From: an uncultured Verrucomicrobiae bacterium
GTDB lineage: Bacteria > Verrucomicrobiota > Verrucomicrobiia > Chthoniobacterales > UBA10450
NCBI GenBank assembly: GCA_963772365.1
Contig: CAVYXA010000003.1
Coordinates: forward strand, 96,001 to 160,000
DNA: 64,000 bases
Direction: 5' to 3'
How positions within the stretch are numbered: position 1 is the stretch's first letter; each line of letters begins with the position of its first letter. This document shows, one piece after another, positions 30,417 to 39,982 of this stretch. A model generated the notes under the pieces. The model searched no databases and was not told the DNA's origin. It was given only the letters and a program-made list of their open reading frames with translations. Made by a program: the position numbers and the translations under genes.

Positions 30417-30938
30417 TTAACGTTTCTTCGAAGAACGCTCGACCGGTTCCACCACAGTCGGATCTCGTTCCCAGCCTTCGTTTTCCAGCTTGATGTGTTC
30501 GATCGCGACAGCAGTCGCGTTCGCATTCAGGTCAGCTAGAACCTGGTATTCGGAAACCCAGCAGCGATAAATCTTGTAAGCGAGAACAACTTGCCCGGCC
30601 TCATTGGACAACTCGAGAACAACATCTTTGCGAAAATCTTTTAGCGAAACTTCCGCGCCCGGCCCGGCACCAAGTCTCCAGATCTTGTTGGCCCAGTTCT
30701 CGAATTCCGGGTCGTGAGTCACACCGCGCTCAAGTGTGATTGCCTCGTACTGCGTCCGACCGGGAGACTTGCGACTGGTGCTCGGATCGCCTCCTTCGCG
30801 ATGTTCGATCACTTCGATCGTCCGCCGCAGCCCGCTGATCTTGCTCACGCCGGCGACGTAATGGCCGTCCCATTTGACGCGAAACTTGAAATTTTTGTAC
30901 GGATCAAAGCGGGTTGGGTTGATTGGAAATTCCGCCAT
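30417..30938 (-). CDS. T4 gp19-like contractile tail tube protein (eCIS Afp1/5 type)
   Basis: RFDPYKNFKFRVKWDG, HREGGD..RKSPG, ITLERGVTHD, RCWVSEY, AVAIEHIKLENEGWERD. Confidence 0.93.
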   Translation of the reverse strand: MAEFPINPTRFDPYKNFKFRVKWDGHYVAGVSKISGLRRTIEVIEHREGGDPSTSRKSPGRTQYEAITLERGVTHDPEFENWANKIWRLGAGPGAEVSLKDFRKDVVLELSNEAGQVVLAYKIYRCWVSEYQVLADLNANATAVAIEHIKLENEGWERDPTVVEPVERSSKKR

Positions 30939-31356
30939 TAGGATTCCTATACAATGTTTTACGAACGTTTGGAAGATTCGAATTTTTATCTGCTCGCGCG
31001 CATAGCGATTAGTTACGAATTCCGTTTTTCAGCTCCCAGATCCGGAGCGCAGCCAACAGCAGCGCCTTGGTTCGTCCCAGTCGGCTAGTCTCAAACACCT
31101 CGCGAACATCCTCTTTGCGCGACGCGGATGTGATTTCATTCCTGCGGGTGCGGTCGAGCACGCGCTGATGCGCGTGCGCATTTTTCGTCCAGCGGGCGGC
31201 TGGCGCTTCTACCGGGAAATTGCCAGGCATAAGGTTGCGATCGGAACGAATCGCGAGATCAAGTCTGGCTCACCGTTGTTACAAACAGATGACCAGGGCG
31301 TGACATTTCGGCAAACTCTTGCCTCCGGGTAAATTCGCATCGCTCCGTCGAAACCG

Positions 31357-31896
31357 CTATGACTCCTGGCCGAAATCCCGCGCAATGACGAAGACAAAAT
31401 TCGTTGTAGTAGTGCCATCGCGACCCGGACGTTTGGCTTTTTTTAGAAATCTCGCTCCAATCTTTTGGAGCGCTTTTTGTGATCGAATATTGTTTTCGCC
31501 CACGACGAAATTCACGCGATCCACAAACTGGAAGGCGTGTTTGAGCATGAGCGATTTCAGCTCGGCATTGTAAGTGCCGCCCCAGAAAGCGCGCGTCAGG
31601 AACGTCCAGCCGATCTCAACTTCGTTTTTGTTGATGTCGAGGTTGCAGTAGCGCGAACTGCCGATAATTCTGCCGGACTTTCTCTCGACGATCGCGAATG
31701 CGCCTTTCGATTCGATCGCGCTGTCGAAATAATTCTGAAATACGTTTCGTTTGTAGCGATTGCTTTCGGGATGTTGTTCCCAAATGAGCGGATCGCTCGC
31801 CGCGGCAAAGAGGGCATCGAAGTCCGCCGGGGTAAGCGGGCGCAGCTCGATCAGTTTTCCGGTTAATGTAGGCTGAAGCTGGAATTTTCTTTTCAT
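31357..31896 (-). CDS. GNAT N-acetyltransferase (RimJ/RimL-like)
   Basis: ASDPLIWEQHP, EIGWTFL, NIRSQKALQKIGA. Confidence 0.9.
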   Translation of the reverse strand: MKRKFQLQPTLTGKLIELRPLTPADFDALFAAASDPLIWEQHPESNRYKRNVFQNYFDSAIESKGAFAIVERKSGRIIGSSRYCNLDINKNEVEIGWTFLTRAFWGGTYNAELKSLMLKHAFQFVDRVNFVVGENNIRSQKALQKIGARFLKKAKRPGRDGTTTTNFVFVIARDFGQES

Positions 31897-31996
31897 GCTC
31901 GGTTCCGCCCGAACTGGCATTCTTTGTGCGACATCAGATAAACTTATCCATTGAACATTCTGTGCGAGGAGATCGTCGAAGTTTCGAGTGAATACA

Positions 31997-32025
31997 TTGC
32001 GTAACACGGGTGATAAAGTTATAAT
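31997..32025 (+). promoter_or_regulatory. Sigma70 promoter for arc
   Basis: TTGCGT-N17-TATAAT, 48 nt upstream of the arc ATG. Confidence 0.7.
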
Positions 32026-32073
32026 CCAAATCAGTTCGGTGATTCCGAACCGGAGGGGCGAGACCTAAAGATA

Positions 32074-33747
32074 ATGAGCGACGAAGGACTCCAGGGCGAC
32101 GAGGAAAAATCGCAGGCGCGAACTCTTCTCGACGAATTCGACCGAATTATTGCTTTGCTTCCACCGGGTGACCCGCTGCGGCGTGAGTTGATCGAGCTCC
32201 GGTCGGAAGTTTCAGACCGGGAGGAAATGGTGTCCGAAGCTCGCCGGATGATTGAGAAACTCGAGGACGTGATCAAGAAAGTGACCTCGCCGGCGAACCG
32301 GATTGGAACGTTTCTCGGCGCGACCTCGCACAATACGGCCCATATCGTGGTGGGCGGTGCGGATTATTTTTGCAACGTCGATCCTCGGATTCCGCTGGCG
32401 AAATTGAAAAAGGGAACACGCGTTCTCGTAAATGAAGCATTCGTGATTGTTGGCGACCTCGGTTTTGAAACGAGCGGGCCAGTGACCAAGATCACCGAAG
32501 TGCTCGGCGAAGACAGACTGCGCGTTGGGTCCGAACACGGCTTGCAGGCCGTCGTTCTCCAGCGTTCGTCCGATCTCGCGAATTCGGTGCTGAAAACAGG
32601 GGACGAGGTCCGGGTCGACCCGAACTATCGAATGGCGCTGGAGATGCTTTCTAGCCCGAAATCGCAGGAGCATTACCTCGATACGGTGCCCAACCTGCCG
32701 TGGGAAAAAGTCGGCGGTCAGGAAGCAGCCATTCAGGCGATCAAAGATGCGATCGAGCTGCCGCTGTTACATGTCGATCTTTTCCAGAAGTTTCAGCACG
32801 CTACACCGAAAGGTTTTCTGCTCTACGGTCCACCCGGCTGCGGCAAGACGCTGATCGGAAAGGCAACTGCTTACAATTTGACGAAGCAGCTCCGGGAAAA
32901 AACGGGCACCGAGATGCACGAATATTTCATGCACGTCAAAGGACCGGAGATCTTGAACATGTGGGTGGGCGAATCGGAGCGGATCGTGCGCGAGATTTTT
33001 TTGACTGCCCGCGAGAAACGGCGCGAAGGATTCATGCCGTTCTTGTTCATCGATGAAGCGGAATCGATTCTCGGAACGCGGCGTGCCTCGCGTTATTCGA
33101 ATATTCTCTCCACGCTCGTCCCGATGTTCTGCTCGGAGATGGACGGAATCGAATCGCTCAATGACGTGGTAATCATTCTCGCGTCCAATCGCGCGGATCT
33201 GATCGATCCCGCCATTCTGAGACCGGGCAGAATCGACAGGAAAATCAAAGTGAACCGGCCGAACAAGGAAGGCGCGCGCGACATTTATCGCATTTACCTC
33301 AGAAACGATCTGCCTTATGACGGCGCTCTGGCGAAGGAAGCCGCCCATATCGGCGAGGCGATCGAACGATTGATCGAGAGATTCGTCGATTGGCAATTTT
33401 TGCGCCGCGATGAAAACAAGTTTCTGGAAGTAACGTTGCGGAGCGGCCGAAAAGAGATCCTCTATCGAAGCGATCTCATCAGCGGTGCGATCATCGCCTC
33501 GATTGTGGAACGAGCCAAAGCCGCCGCCATCAAACGGTCGATCGCCAGCGGAATGGAAGAAGGTATCACTGAGAATGATCTGCGCGTCGCCTTCGATGCC
33601 GAGTACATCGAGAACGATATTTTCCCGCCCAGCGACGTCACGGAAGATTGGCTAAAGTTAATCGATTACGATCCGGAGAACGTAGTCAAAATTGCCCCAA
33701 TTCGCCCGGGCGCATCCGCGGCAGGGCATTCTTCGGGCGTCATCTAA
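32074..33747 (+). CDS. arc: Proteasome-associated AAA ATPase (ARC/Mpa family)
   Basis: N-terminal coiled coil ending TSPAN, OB region, GPPGCGKT, VKGPEILN.WVGESER, ISGA..IVERAK..AIKR; adjacent to dop. Confidence 0.92.
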   Translation: MSDEGLQGDEEKSQARTLLDEFDRIIALLPPGDPLRRELIELRSEVSDREEMVSEARRMIEKLEDVIKKVTSPANRIGTFLGATSHNTAHIVVGGADYFCNVDPRIPLAKLKKGTRVLVNEAFVIVGDLGFETSGPVTKITEVLGEDRLRVGSEHGLQAVVLQRSSDLANSVLKTGDEVRVDPNYRMALEMLSSPKSQEHYLDTVPNLPWEKVGGQEAAIQAIKDAIELPLLHVDLFQKFQHATPKGFLLYGPPGCGKTLIGKATAYNLTKQLREKTGTEMHEYFMHVKGPEILNMWVGESERIVREIFLTAREKRREGFMPFLFIDEAESILGTRRASRYSNILSTLVPMFCSEMDGIESLNDVVIILASNRADLIDPAILRPGRIDRKIKVNRPNKEGARDIYRIYLRNDLPYDGALAKEAAHIGEAIERLIERFVDWQFLRRDENKFLEVTLRSGRKEILYRSDLISGAIIASIVERAKAAAIKRSIASGMEEGITENDLRVAFDAEYIENDIFPPSDVTEDWLKLIDYDPENVVKIAPIRPGASAAGHSSGVI

Positions 33748-33788
33748 GATGAACACGCGGGCCCATTCTCGACGCGCCAGCGTCAACT

Positions 33789-33812
33789 GTAGGGGAAGCT
33801 GACAGCTTCCCC
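33789..33812 (+). repeat. GTAG REP, left of RAYT
   Basis: GTAGGGGAAGCTGACAGCTTCCCC. Confidence 0.9.
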
Positions 33813-33813
33813 C

Positions 33814-34332
33814 GTGCCTATGGCCGAGCCCCCGCGATTGCCAGCGATCCAGCTTCCTTGGGATAAATCCGTCATCTACTTCGTCACGATGTGCGTGAAG
33901 GGTCGACAGCCTGTATTGGCGACATCGGAAATGTTCGAAGCGACGAACGGGACAATCGGACAGCTGCGAAAATGGCGCGTGCTAGCCGGCGTTGTCATGC
34001 CCGATCATGCCCATTGGATCGTCTCGCCTCGTGAAGATCGGGACTTATCGGTCGGAGATTTTTCGCATGGATTTAAGCGAGTGCTCAGTAGTCGGATCGG
34101 TTCACAAACATGGGAGTGGCAGCGAGGCTGTTTCGATCGGTTGTTGCGATCGGATGAGAATCTGTTGAGCAAGTGGATTTATGTGAAAGATAATCCAGTG
34201 CGGCATGGGTTAGTCGAGAAGGCGGATGACTGGCTGTATTACATCGACAACATTAACAATGCAGCCACAGGGGAAGCTGTCAGCTTCCCCTACAGGGCGG
34301 CAGATCAGATTATCGGCGTGGGAGGGGAATGA
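33814..34332 (+). mobile_element. REP-associated tyrosine transposase (RAYT, Y1 HUH family)
   Basis: YFVTMC, VVMPDHAH (HUH), WQRGCFDRLLR, YVKDNP; flanked by inverted GTAG REPs. Confidence 0.9.
34270..34293 (-). repeat. GTAG REP, right of RAYT (inside the RAYT ORF tail)
   Basis: GGGGAAGCTGTCAGCTTCCCCTAC is the exact reverse complement of the left REP. Confidence 0.9.
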
Positions 34333-35849
34333 AACGGGTTTTTGGACTTGAGACCGAATACGGCATCACCGTAAGCGGAACGGAGATTGTCGATGTTGTA
34401 GCCGAGTCGATCGAGCTGGTCCATCGCTACACTGAGCATGGCGCGTTGATGAAATGGGACTACGAACTGGAGGATCCGCATCTCGATGCCCGCGGTTTTC
34501 GCGCCCGCGAGTTGCTCCAGGACACAGACGAATCGGCTTATTACGAAATCGATAAGAATCGCCCCCTGAGTTTCGAGGAGATCAAAAGCGACCTGGTTCT
34601 GTCGAATGGTGCGCGATTCTACAACGATCATGCGCATCCCGAGTACTCGACTCCGGAATGCACGACCCTTCACCAGATCGTCGCCCAGGATAAAGCGGGC
34701 GAACGCATACTCGAAGAATGCGCACGTCGCCGAAACCAAAAGCTCTCAGAAGGCCAGCAGGTCAGCCTTTACAAAAACAACACCGATTTCGTCGGCCACA
34801 GTTACGGTTGCCACGACAATTACCTGATCGCGCGCGCCCTGCCGTGGGACCGGATCGTAAATGGTATTTTGCCGTTTCTGATCACCCGCCAAATTTTTGC
34901 CGGCGCCGGTAAGATGGGAGTGGAAGCGGAAAGCACGTCGAGCCAGCCAGGAGTTTTTCAGATTTCTCAGCGCGCCGATTTTTTCAGCGTGCTTGTGAGC
35001 ATCGACACGATGAACCGCCGTCCGCTCGTAAACACGCGCGATGAACCCCATGCCGACCCCAGCCGCTACCGCAGATTCCACGTCATTCTGGGCGACTCGA
35101 ACATGAGCGAATGGGCGACGGCCATGAAAATCGGGACCACGGCGCTGGTGCTGGATTTGATCGAGCGCGGTGAAGCTCCTCAGCTCGAAATTGCGCAGCC
35201 GATCGAAGCCAACAAATCGATCAGTCGTGATCAGAATTATGATTGGATCATCGAGTTGAAGGACGGCCGGAAGATTTCTGCAATTGAGGTTCAGCGGCTT
35301 TATTTGCGTGCGGCGAGCACGCTGGCCGACTCGGCGGACGAAGATCGAGCCTGGATTTTGCGCGAATGGAAAGAGATTCTCGATGATCTGGAGCGCGATC
35401 CAATGTCGACTCGCAACCGGGTCGATTGGGCGGCCAAAAAATTCTTGCTGAATGCATTACAGGAAGAAGAAAAACTTTCCTGGACCGATCCCTGGTTGCA
35501 ATCGATCGATCTCGAATATCATAATATCGACCGTGAACGCGGTTTATTTTACGAGCTGGTCCGCAAGGACCTGATGCGGCGTTTCACCACTGAAGACGAT
35601 ATTAAATTGTCGATCTTCAATCCACCGGAGACAACGCGCGCTTTCTTTCGTGGACGCGCGGTTGCCCGTTTTAACGACGAGATCTCTTCGATTCAATGGG
35701 ACGAGATTGTTTTCACCAACGGATCAGCTTCGCGACGGATCGCCTTGCCCGAAGCAGCGATGAACGATCGGCTCAACTCACTCAATCAAGCCGCACGTAA
35801 TGGCAAGGATTTCGCCGAATTTTTGAATGCCGTGGCGCAGATTGATTGA
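34329..35849 (+). CDS. dop: Pup deamidase/depupylase Dop (PafA/Dop family)
   Basis: GLETEYG, WDYELEDPHLDARGF (Dop loop), NGARFYNDHAHPEYSTPE, NTRDEPHAD, DLEYHNI. Confidence 0.9.
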   Translation: MKRVFGLETEYGITVSGTEIVDVVAESIELVHRYTEHGALMKWDYELEDPHLDARGFRARELLQDTDESAYYEIDKNRPLSFEEIKSDLVLSNGARFYNDHAHPEYSTPECTTLHQIVAQDKAGERILEECARRRNQKLSEGQQVSLYKNNTDFVGHSYGCHDNYLIARALPWDRIVNGILPFLITRQIFAGAGKMGVEAESTSSQPGVFQISQRADFFSVLVSIDTMNRRPLVNTRDEPHADPSRYRRFHVILGDSNMSEWATAMKIGTTALVLDLIERGEAPQLEIAQPIEANKSISRDQNYDWIIELKDGRKISAIEVQRLYLRAASTLADSADEDRAWILREWKEILDDLERDPMSTRNRVDWAAKKFLLNALQEEEKLSWTDPWLQSIDLEYHNIDRERGLFYELVRKDLMRRFTTEDDIKLSIFNPPETTRAFFRGRAVARFNDEISSIQWDEIVFTNGSASRRIALPEAAMNDRLNSLNQAARNGKDFAEFLNAVAQID

Positions 35850-35854
35850 TTCAT

Positions 35855-36229
35855 TCATTTCCGAGCTCGAAATTTCACACCGGATATTCTCTCGAAATGT
35901 GCATCCTGCGTCCAAATGATTGCATTCTCGGATCGAGCGGTAGCGAGAATAATACTATCGGCCATGGGTAATCGTTCGTGGTGACTGATTGTGGCTGCTG
36001 CGATCGCGAGAGATGCAGTGAGATCGACAATTCGGCCGTGGCGCAAAGTCGCTACCGCTTGCAACGCTGATAGCGCAGTTCGTTGTCGCAGCACTCGCTT
36101 ATAGACTTCCAGCACGACGATGGTTGGAACAATCAGATCTCGGCTCTTCTCGACAGCCGGTGCAAAAAATTCGGCATTGGGCCCATCAGCGAAGTATTCC
36201 AGCCAAGCTGAAGAATCGACGAGATTCAC
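35855..36229 (-). CDS. vapC: PIN-domain toxin
   Basis: VDSSAWLEYF, LPMADSIILATA, WTQDAHF. Confidence 0.92.
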   Translation of the reverse strand: MNLVDSSAWLEYFADGPNAEFFAPAVEKSRDLIVPTIVVLEVYKRVLRQRTALSALQAVATLRHGRIVDLTASLAIAAATISHHERLPMADSIILATARSENAIIWTQDAHFERISGVKFRARK

Positions 36230-36432
36230 GCTCGATCTTTGTCGCGTGCAACGGTGGAATCGATTCCACGCAGAAATCCGCGCATCTCCTTCGCTAAGCG
36301 CACAGGCAATAACTCGATGTGGCCGGCGTGTTCCACGACATTAAATGCGCTTCCCGGCTTCAGTTTGAGTTTTTCCCGAACTTCCTTTGGAATCACGATT
36401 TGAAATTTCGGGGACAGCGTTACTCGTGTCAT
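36226..36432 (-). CDS. AbrB/MazE-type antitoxin
   Basis: SPKFQIVIPKEVREKL; coupled to the PIN toxin. Confidence 0.9.
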   Translation of the reverse strand: MTRVTLSPKFQIVIPKEVREKLKLKPGSAFNVVEHAGHIELLPVRLAKEMRGFLRGIDSTVARDKDRA

Positions 36433-36504
36433 ATCGATCGAGGCTGCGTAAAACGATATCAGGATCGATCAGAAGTGCAAACTACATTTTGTGGAAAGTA
36501 GAAA

Positions 36505-38085
36505 TTATTCCCACTCAATCGTGCTCGGCGGTTTGCTGGAGATATCGTAAACAACGCGATTGACGCCTTTCACTTCGTTGCAGATACGATTGGAGATGCG
36601 GGCCAGAAGCTCGTAGGGAATCCGGACCCAATCTGCGGTCATGCCGTCCTGACTCTCGACGATGCGCAATGCGATTGTGTTTTCATACGTGCGCTGGTCG
36701 CCCATGACACCGACTGATTGAACTGGAAGCAGAACGGCGAATGATTGCCAGACTTTGTAATACCAATCGGCGGCTTCCATTTCGCTTTGCACGATGGTGT
36801 CGGCTTCGCGCAGGATCGACAATCGCTCGGGCGTGACTTCGCCGAGGATGCGCACGGCCAGTCCGGGACCCGGGAACGGTTGGCGATAGACGATTTCTTT
36901 TGGCAAACCAAGTTGTAGCCCGACCTGGCGAACTTCGTCTTTAAACAATTGCCGGACCGGCTCGACCAGCTCGAAGTGCATTTTCTCCGGCAAGCCGCCG
37001 ACATTGTGATGACTCTTGATCACCTGTGAAGGGTTTCCTTCGATCGAAACGCTTTCGATTACGTCGGGATAAAGTGTGCCTTGGGCAAGAAAACGGAATT
37101 CGTGATTTCTGGATCGTGATTCGTCTTTCCTGAGATCGCAAACAGCGTCTTCGAATACTCGAATGAATTCGTTACCAATTATTTTTCGCTTTTGCTCAGG
37201 ATCGACAACGCCGCGCAGCTTCGACAGAAATCGTTCCGAAGCATCGACATATTTGAGTTTAATGTGAAAATTTTCTCCGAATACTCGCTGAACGACTTCC
37301 TCTTCCCGAGCCCTGAGCAGGCCGTTATTGACGAAAATACAGGTGAGCTGATCGCCGATTGCCTTGTGCAATAGCGCTGCCGTCACTGATGAATCGACCC
37401 CACCGCTCAGCCCCAGTACCACTTTTTCGTCACCGACTTGCCGCTGAATACGCTCGCACGCTTCTTCGATGAACGAGCCCATCGTCCAGTCCATCGGGCA
37501 GCGGCAAATGTGATAAACGAAGTTTTGCAGAATTTCCTTGCCTCGGGGTGTGTGCGCGACTTCTGGATGAAATTGGAGGCCGTAGAATTTGCGCTCGGAA
37601 TTTTCGATCGCCGCAAAGTTCGAATTTTCCGAAGTGGCAACGGCATGAAATCCTTTCGGCAGCGCGGTCAGTTTGTCTCCGTGACTGCTCCAGATGTCGA
37701 TCTGTTCACTAATGCCTTCGAACAACGGCGACTTGTGTCGAATGTGTAAAATGCCCGGCCCGTACTCGCGTCGGGCGCTGAACTCGACTTCGCCGCCCAA
37801 ATGACGCGCCATCAATTGCATTCCATAACAAATGCCGAGCACCGGGACCCCCATCTCGAACATTGCCGGATCGCCCAGTGGCGCGCCTTTATCGTAAACA
37901 CTGGCCGGGCCACCGGAAAGTATCAGGCCATTCGGCTTGAGCTTTGCCATCTCAGCGGCAGAAGTGGCGAAAGGTACGATCTCGGAATAGACCTGACACT
38001 CCCGAATTCGGCGGGCGATGACTTGAGTGTATTGCGAACCAAAATCCAGGATGAGAATTCTGGAGTGAGGAGCTCGAGCCTTCAC
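36505..38085 (-). CDS. guaA: GMP synthase (glutamine-hydrolyzing)
   Basis: [40 protein letters not shown]. Confidence 0.98.
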   Translation of the reverse strand: MKARAPHSRILILDFGSQYTQVIARRIRECQVYSEIVPFATSAAEMAKLKPNGLILSGGPASVYDKGAPLGDPAMFEMGVPVLGICYGMQLMARHLGGEVEFSARREYGPGILHIRHKSPLFEGISEQIDIWSSHGDKLTALPKGFHAVATSENSNFAAIENSERKFYGLQFHPEVAHTPRGKEILQNFVYHICRCPMDWTMGSFIEEACERIQRQVGDEKVVLGLSGGVDSSVTAALLHKAIGDQLTCIFVNNGLLRAREEEVVQRVFGENFHIKLKYVDASERFLSKLRGVVDPEQKRKIIGNEFIRVFEDAVCDLRKDESRSRNHEFRFLAQGTLYPDVIESVSIEGNPSQVIKSHHNVGGLPEKMHFELVEPVRQLFKDEVRQVGLQLGLPKEIVYRQPFPGPGLAVRILGEVTPERLSILREADTIVQSEMEAADWYYKVWQSFAVLLPVQSVGVMGDQRTYENTIALRIVESQDGMTADWVRIPYELLARISNRICNEVKGVNRVVYDISSKPPSTIEWE

Positions 38086-38088
38086 GCG

Positions 38089-38289
38089 CTAGGGATGAGT
38101 TTGGGGGACACCGTGCTCGGCGGCAGGATCGTTAGCCGGTCGATCGATCGGCCCGAGCTGGCCTTCTCCTTTGATCCCGCGGCCAAGTTGTTGTTGAACT
38201 TCGGCACTGCTGCGTTGTTCGAATGGATCTGCGCAGCCGACTGCTAGCGAAGCCCAGGCAATCAAGAACAGGATCGACAGGGGCTTCAT
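38089..38289 (-). CDS. Small lipoprotein
   Basis: MKPLSILFLIAWASLAVGC lipobox. Confidence 0.65.
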   Translation of the reverse strand: MKPLSILFLIAWASLAVGCADPFEQRSSAEVQQQLGRGIKGEGQLGPIDRPANDPAAEHGVPQTHP

Positions 38290-38377
38290 TCGTTCATTGT
38301 AGGAATGAACTTTTGCATTGCAAGCAGGTTGAAAGATCAAAGTATGCAGCGATCTATTCCGCGCTCGATTCTTTTTC

Positions 38378-38465
38378 TATCATGTTGAGCGAAGCGAAAC
38401 ATCTCTGACTATTTTGCCGCAGATTTCGAAATGATTGGAGATTCTTCGCTTCGCTCAGAATGACA
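38378..38465. repeat. Family A palindromic element
   Basis: CATGTTGAGCGAAGCGAAACATCTC ... GAGATTCTTCGCTTCGCTCAGAATGACA; inverted relative to 7228. Confidence 0.85.
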
Positions 38466-38500
38466 ACGCAACGATTCGCACGTAGCCCGTCAACGAATCC

Positions 38501-39067
38501 ATGATTCCAGCCGAACTCTTGCTCCAGGGTTATCGCTTCGGCGTTTTCCCGATGGCGATGGAAGATGGAACGATCGAATGGTTTTCGCCGGACCTGCGCG
38601 GAATTCTGCCGCTCGACGCCTTTCATGTGCCGCATGCTCTGGAGCGGGTTATCCGAAAGAAAATTTTCCAAATCAAGATCGACAGCAGCTTCAAGAAAGT
38701 GATCGAGGGCTGCGCCGCGCGGGAAGATACCTGGATCAATGGCGAGATCATCGAAAGTTACACGCGGCTGCACGAATTGGGGCACGCCCATTCGGTGGAA
38801 GCATGGAAAAATGGAAAACTCGCCGGGGGCCTCTATGGCGTTGCGATTGGAGGGGCTTTTTTCGGAGAATCGATGTTTCATCGCGTGACCGAGGCGTCCA
38901 AAGTTGCGCTGGTGGGATTGGTCGAACATTTGTGGGCGAAAAAGTTCATTTTGCTCGATACCCAGTGGCTCACGCCGCACTTGCAACAGTTTGGCGGGAT
39001 CGAAATCTCCAGGTCTCAATATTTGCGGCTTCTCCGGCTCGCGGTTGAGCTGCCACAGAAATTCTGA
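38501..39067 (+). CDS. aat: Leucyl/phenylalanyl-tRNA--protein transferase
   Basis: GVFPM, TWIN, GHAHSVEAW, GGLYGV..GGAFFGESMF, LLDTQ..TPHL. Confidence 0.96.
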   Translation: MIPAELLLQGYRFGVFPMAMEDGTIEWFSPDLRGILPLDAFHVPHALERVIRKKIFQIKIDSSFKKVIEGCAAREDTWINGEIIESYTRLHELGHAHSVEAWKNGKLAGGLYGVAIGGAFFGESMFHRVTEASKVALVGLVEHLWAKKFILLDTQWLTPHLQQFGGIEISRSQYLRLLRLAVELPQKF

Positions 39068-39139
39068 ATTGGATCGGCGTTGAGCGCCGGACGTTTTCTG
39101 CTTTAATAACCAACCTGCGTCAGGACAATGGCGTAGTTC

Positions 39140-39212
39140 GGCTGGGTAGCTCAGTTGGCAGAGCAGTGGACTGAAAATCCACGTGTCGGCGGTTCGATTC
39201 CGCCCCCAGCCA
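39140..39212 (+). tRNA. tRNA-Phe(GAA), CCA not encoded
   Basis: Acceptor stem GGCTGGG/CCCAGCC, D arm TAGCTCAGTTGG, anticodon loop CTGAAAA, T loop GGTTCGATTCC. Confidence 0.96.
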
Positions 39213-39235
39213 TTTTCCTCGAGCATGGAACCTTC

Positions 39236-39982
39236 ATGAAATATTGGAAAGACGGAGGAGAGGAATGGTCCAAACCGTGGGGAAATTCCGCGGCGCAGTG
39301 GGCCGGGGTGATTCTGCCTCGAATCCGGGATTATCTTCCCGCCGGTACAATTCTCGAAATCGCTCCCGGGTTTGGCCGCTGGACGCATTATCTCACGGGC
39401 TATTGCGAGAATCTGTGGCTGGTTGAGAAAGCCGATCAATGTTACGAAGCGTGCTGCCGTCGATTTGGCAACGACCAACAGATTAAGATCTATCACAACG
39501 ACGGATATTCGTTGTCGATGATCCCGGACAACTCGGTTGACTTCGTCTTTACCTTCGACTCACTCGTCCATGACAGACGCGGGTTCATCGCATCCTATTT
39601 GAGCCAACTGGCTTCGAAGCTCAAAGTCAGTGGGAAAGGCTTTTTTCATCATTCAAACCTGGGCGCGTATGCCAACTCGGTTCGTAACCGTTTGCCAACG
39701 TCGGCGCTGAAATTATTGGAAAAAGCCAGGATTATCGATTCGGAACATCATCGCGCGCCCACGATGACGGCCGATTTCTTTCGCGCTTTGTGCGAGAAGA
39801 GCGGTCTACATTGTTTTCGTCAGGAGTTAATCAATTGGCGGGCTCGCCGTCTGATTGATTGTTTTTCCTGGTTTGAGCGGGACGTAACCCAACAAGCACA
39901 GCCCACCGAGATTATCAGAAACCCCAATTTCATGCGGGAAGCAGCCCGCATTCGCCGGACTATTCTGTCCGCAACGCCGTAA
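39236..39982 (+). CDS. Class I SAM-dependent methyltransferase
   Basis: ILEIAPGFGRWT, SVDFVFTFDSLVH. Confidence 0.88.
   Translation: MKYWKDGGEEWSKPWGNSAAQWAGVILPRIRDYLPAGTILEIAPGFGRWTHYLTGYCENLWLVEKADQCYEACCRRFGNDQQIKIYHNDGYSLSMIPDNSVDFVFTFDSLVHDRRGFIASYLSQLASKLKVSGKGFFHHSNLGAYANSVRNRLPTSALKLLEKARIIDSEHHRAPTMTADFFRALCEKSGLHCFRQELINWRARRLIDCFSWFERDVTQQAQPTEIIRNPNFMREAARIRRTILSATP

Noticed and set aside
34318..34332. RAYT C-terminal GGE as a Pup-like modifier
   Set aside because: The codons coincide with the GGAGGGG Shine-Dalgarno of dop, and the rest of the tail has no Pup/UBact similarity.
38354..39496. 380-aa minus-strand ORF
   Set aside because: It is antisense to aat, tRNA-Phe and the methyltransferase, and runs into a REP.
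39140..39982. Island integrated at tRNA-Phe
   Set aside because: No duplicated tRNA 3' end or integrase was seen in the window.
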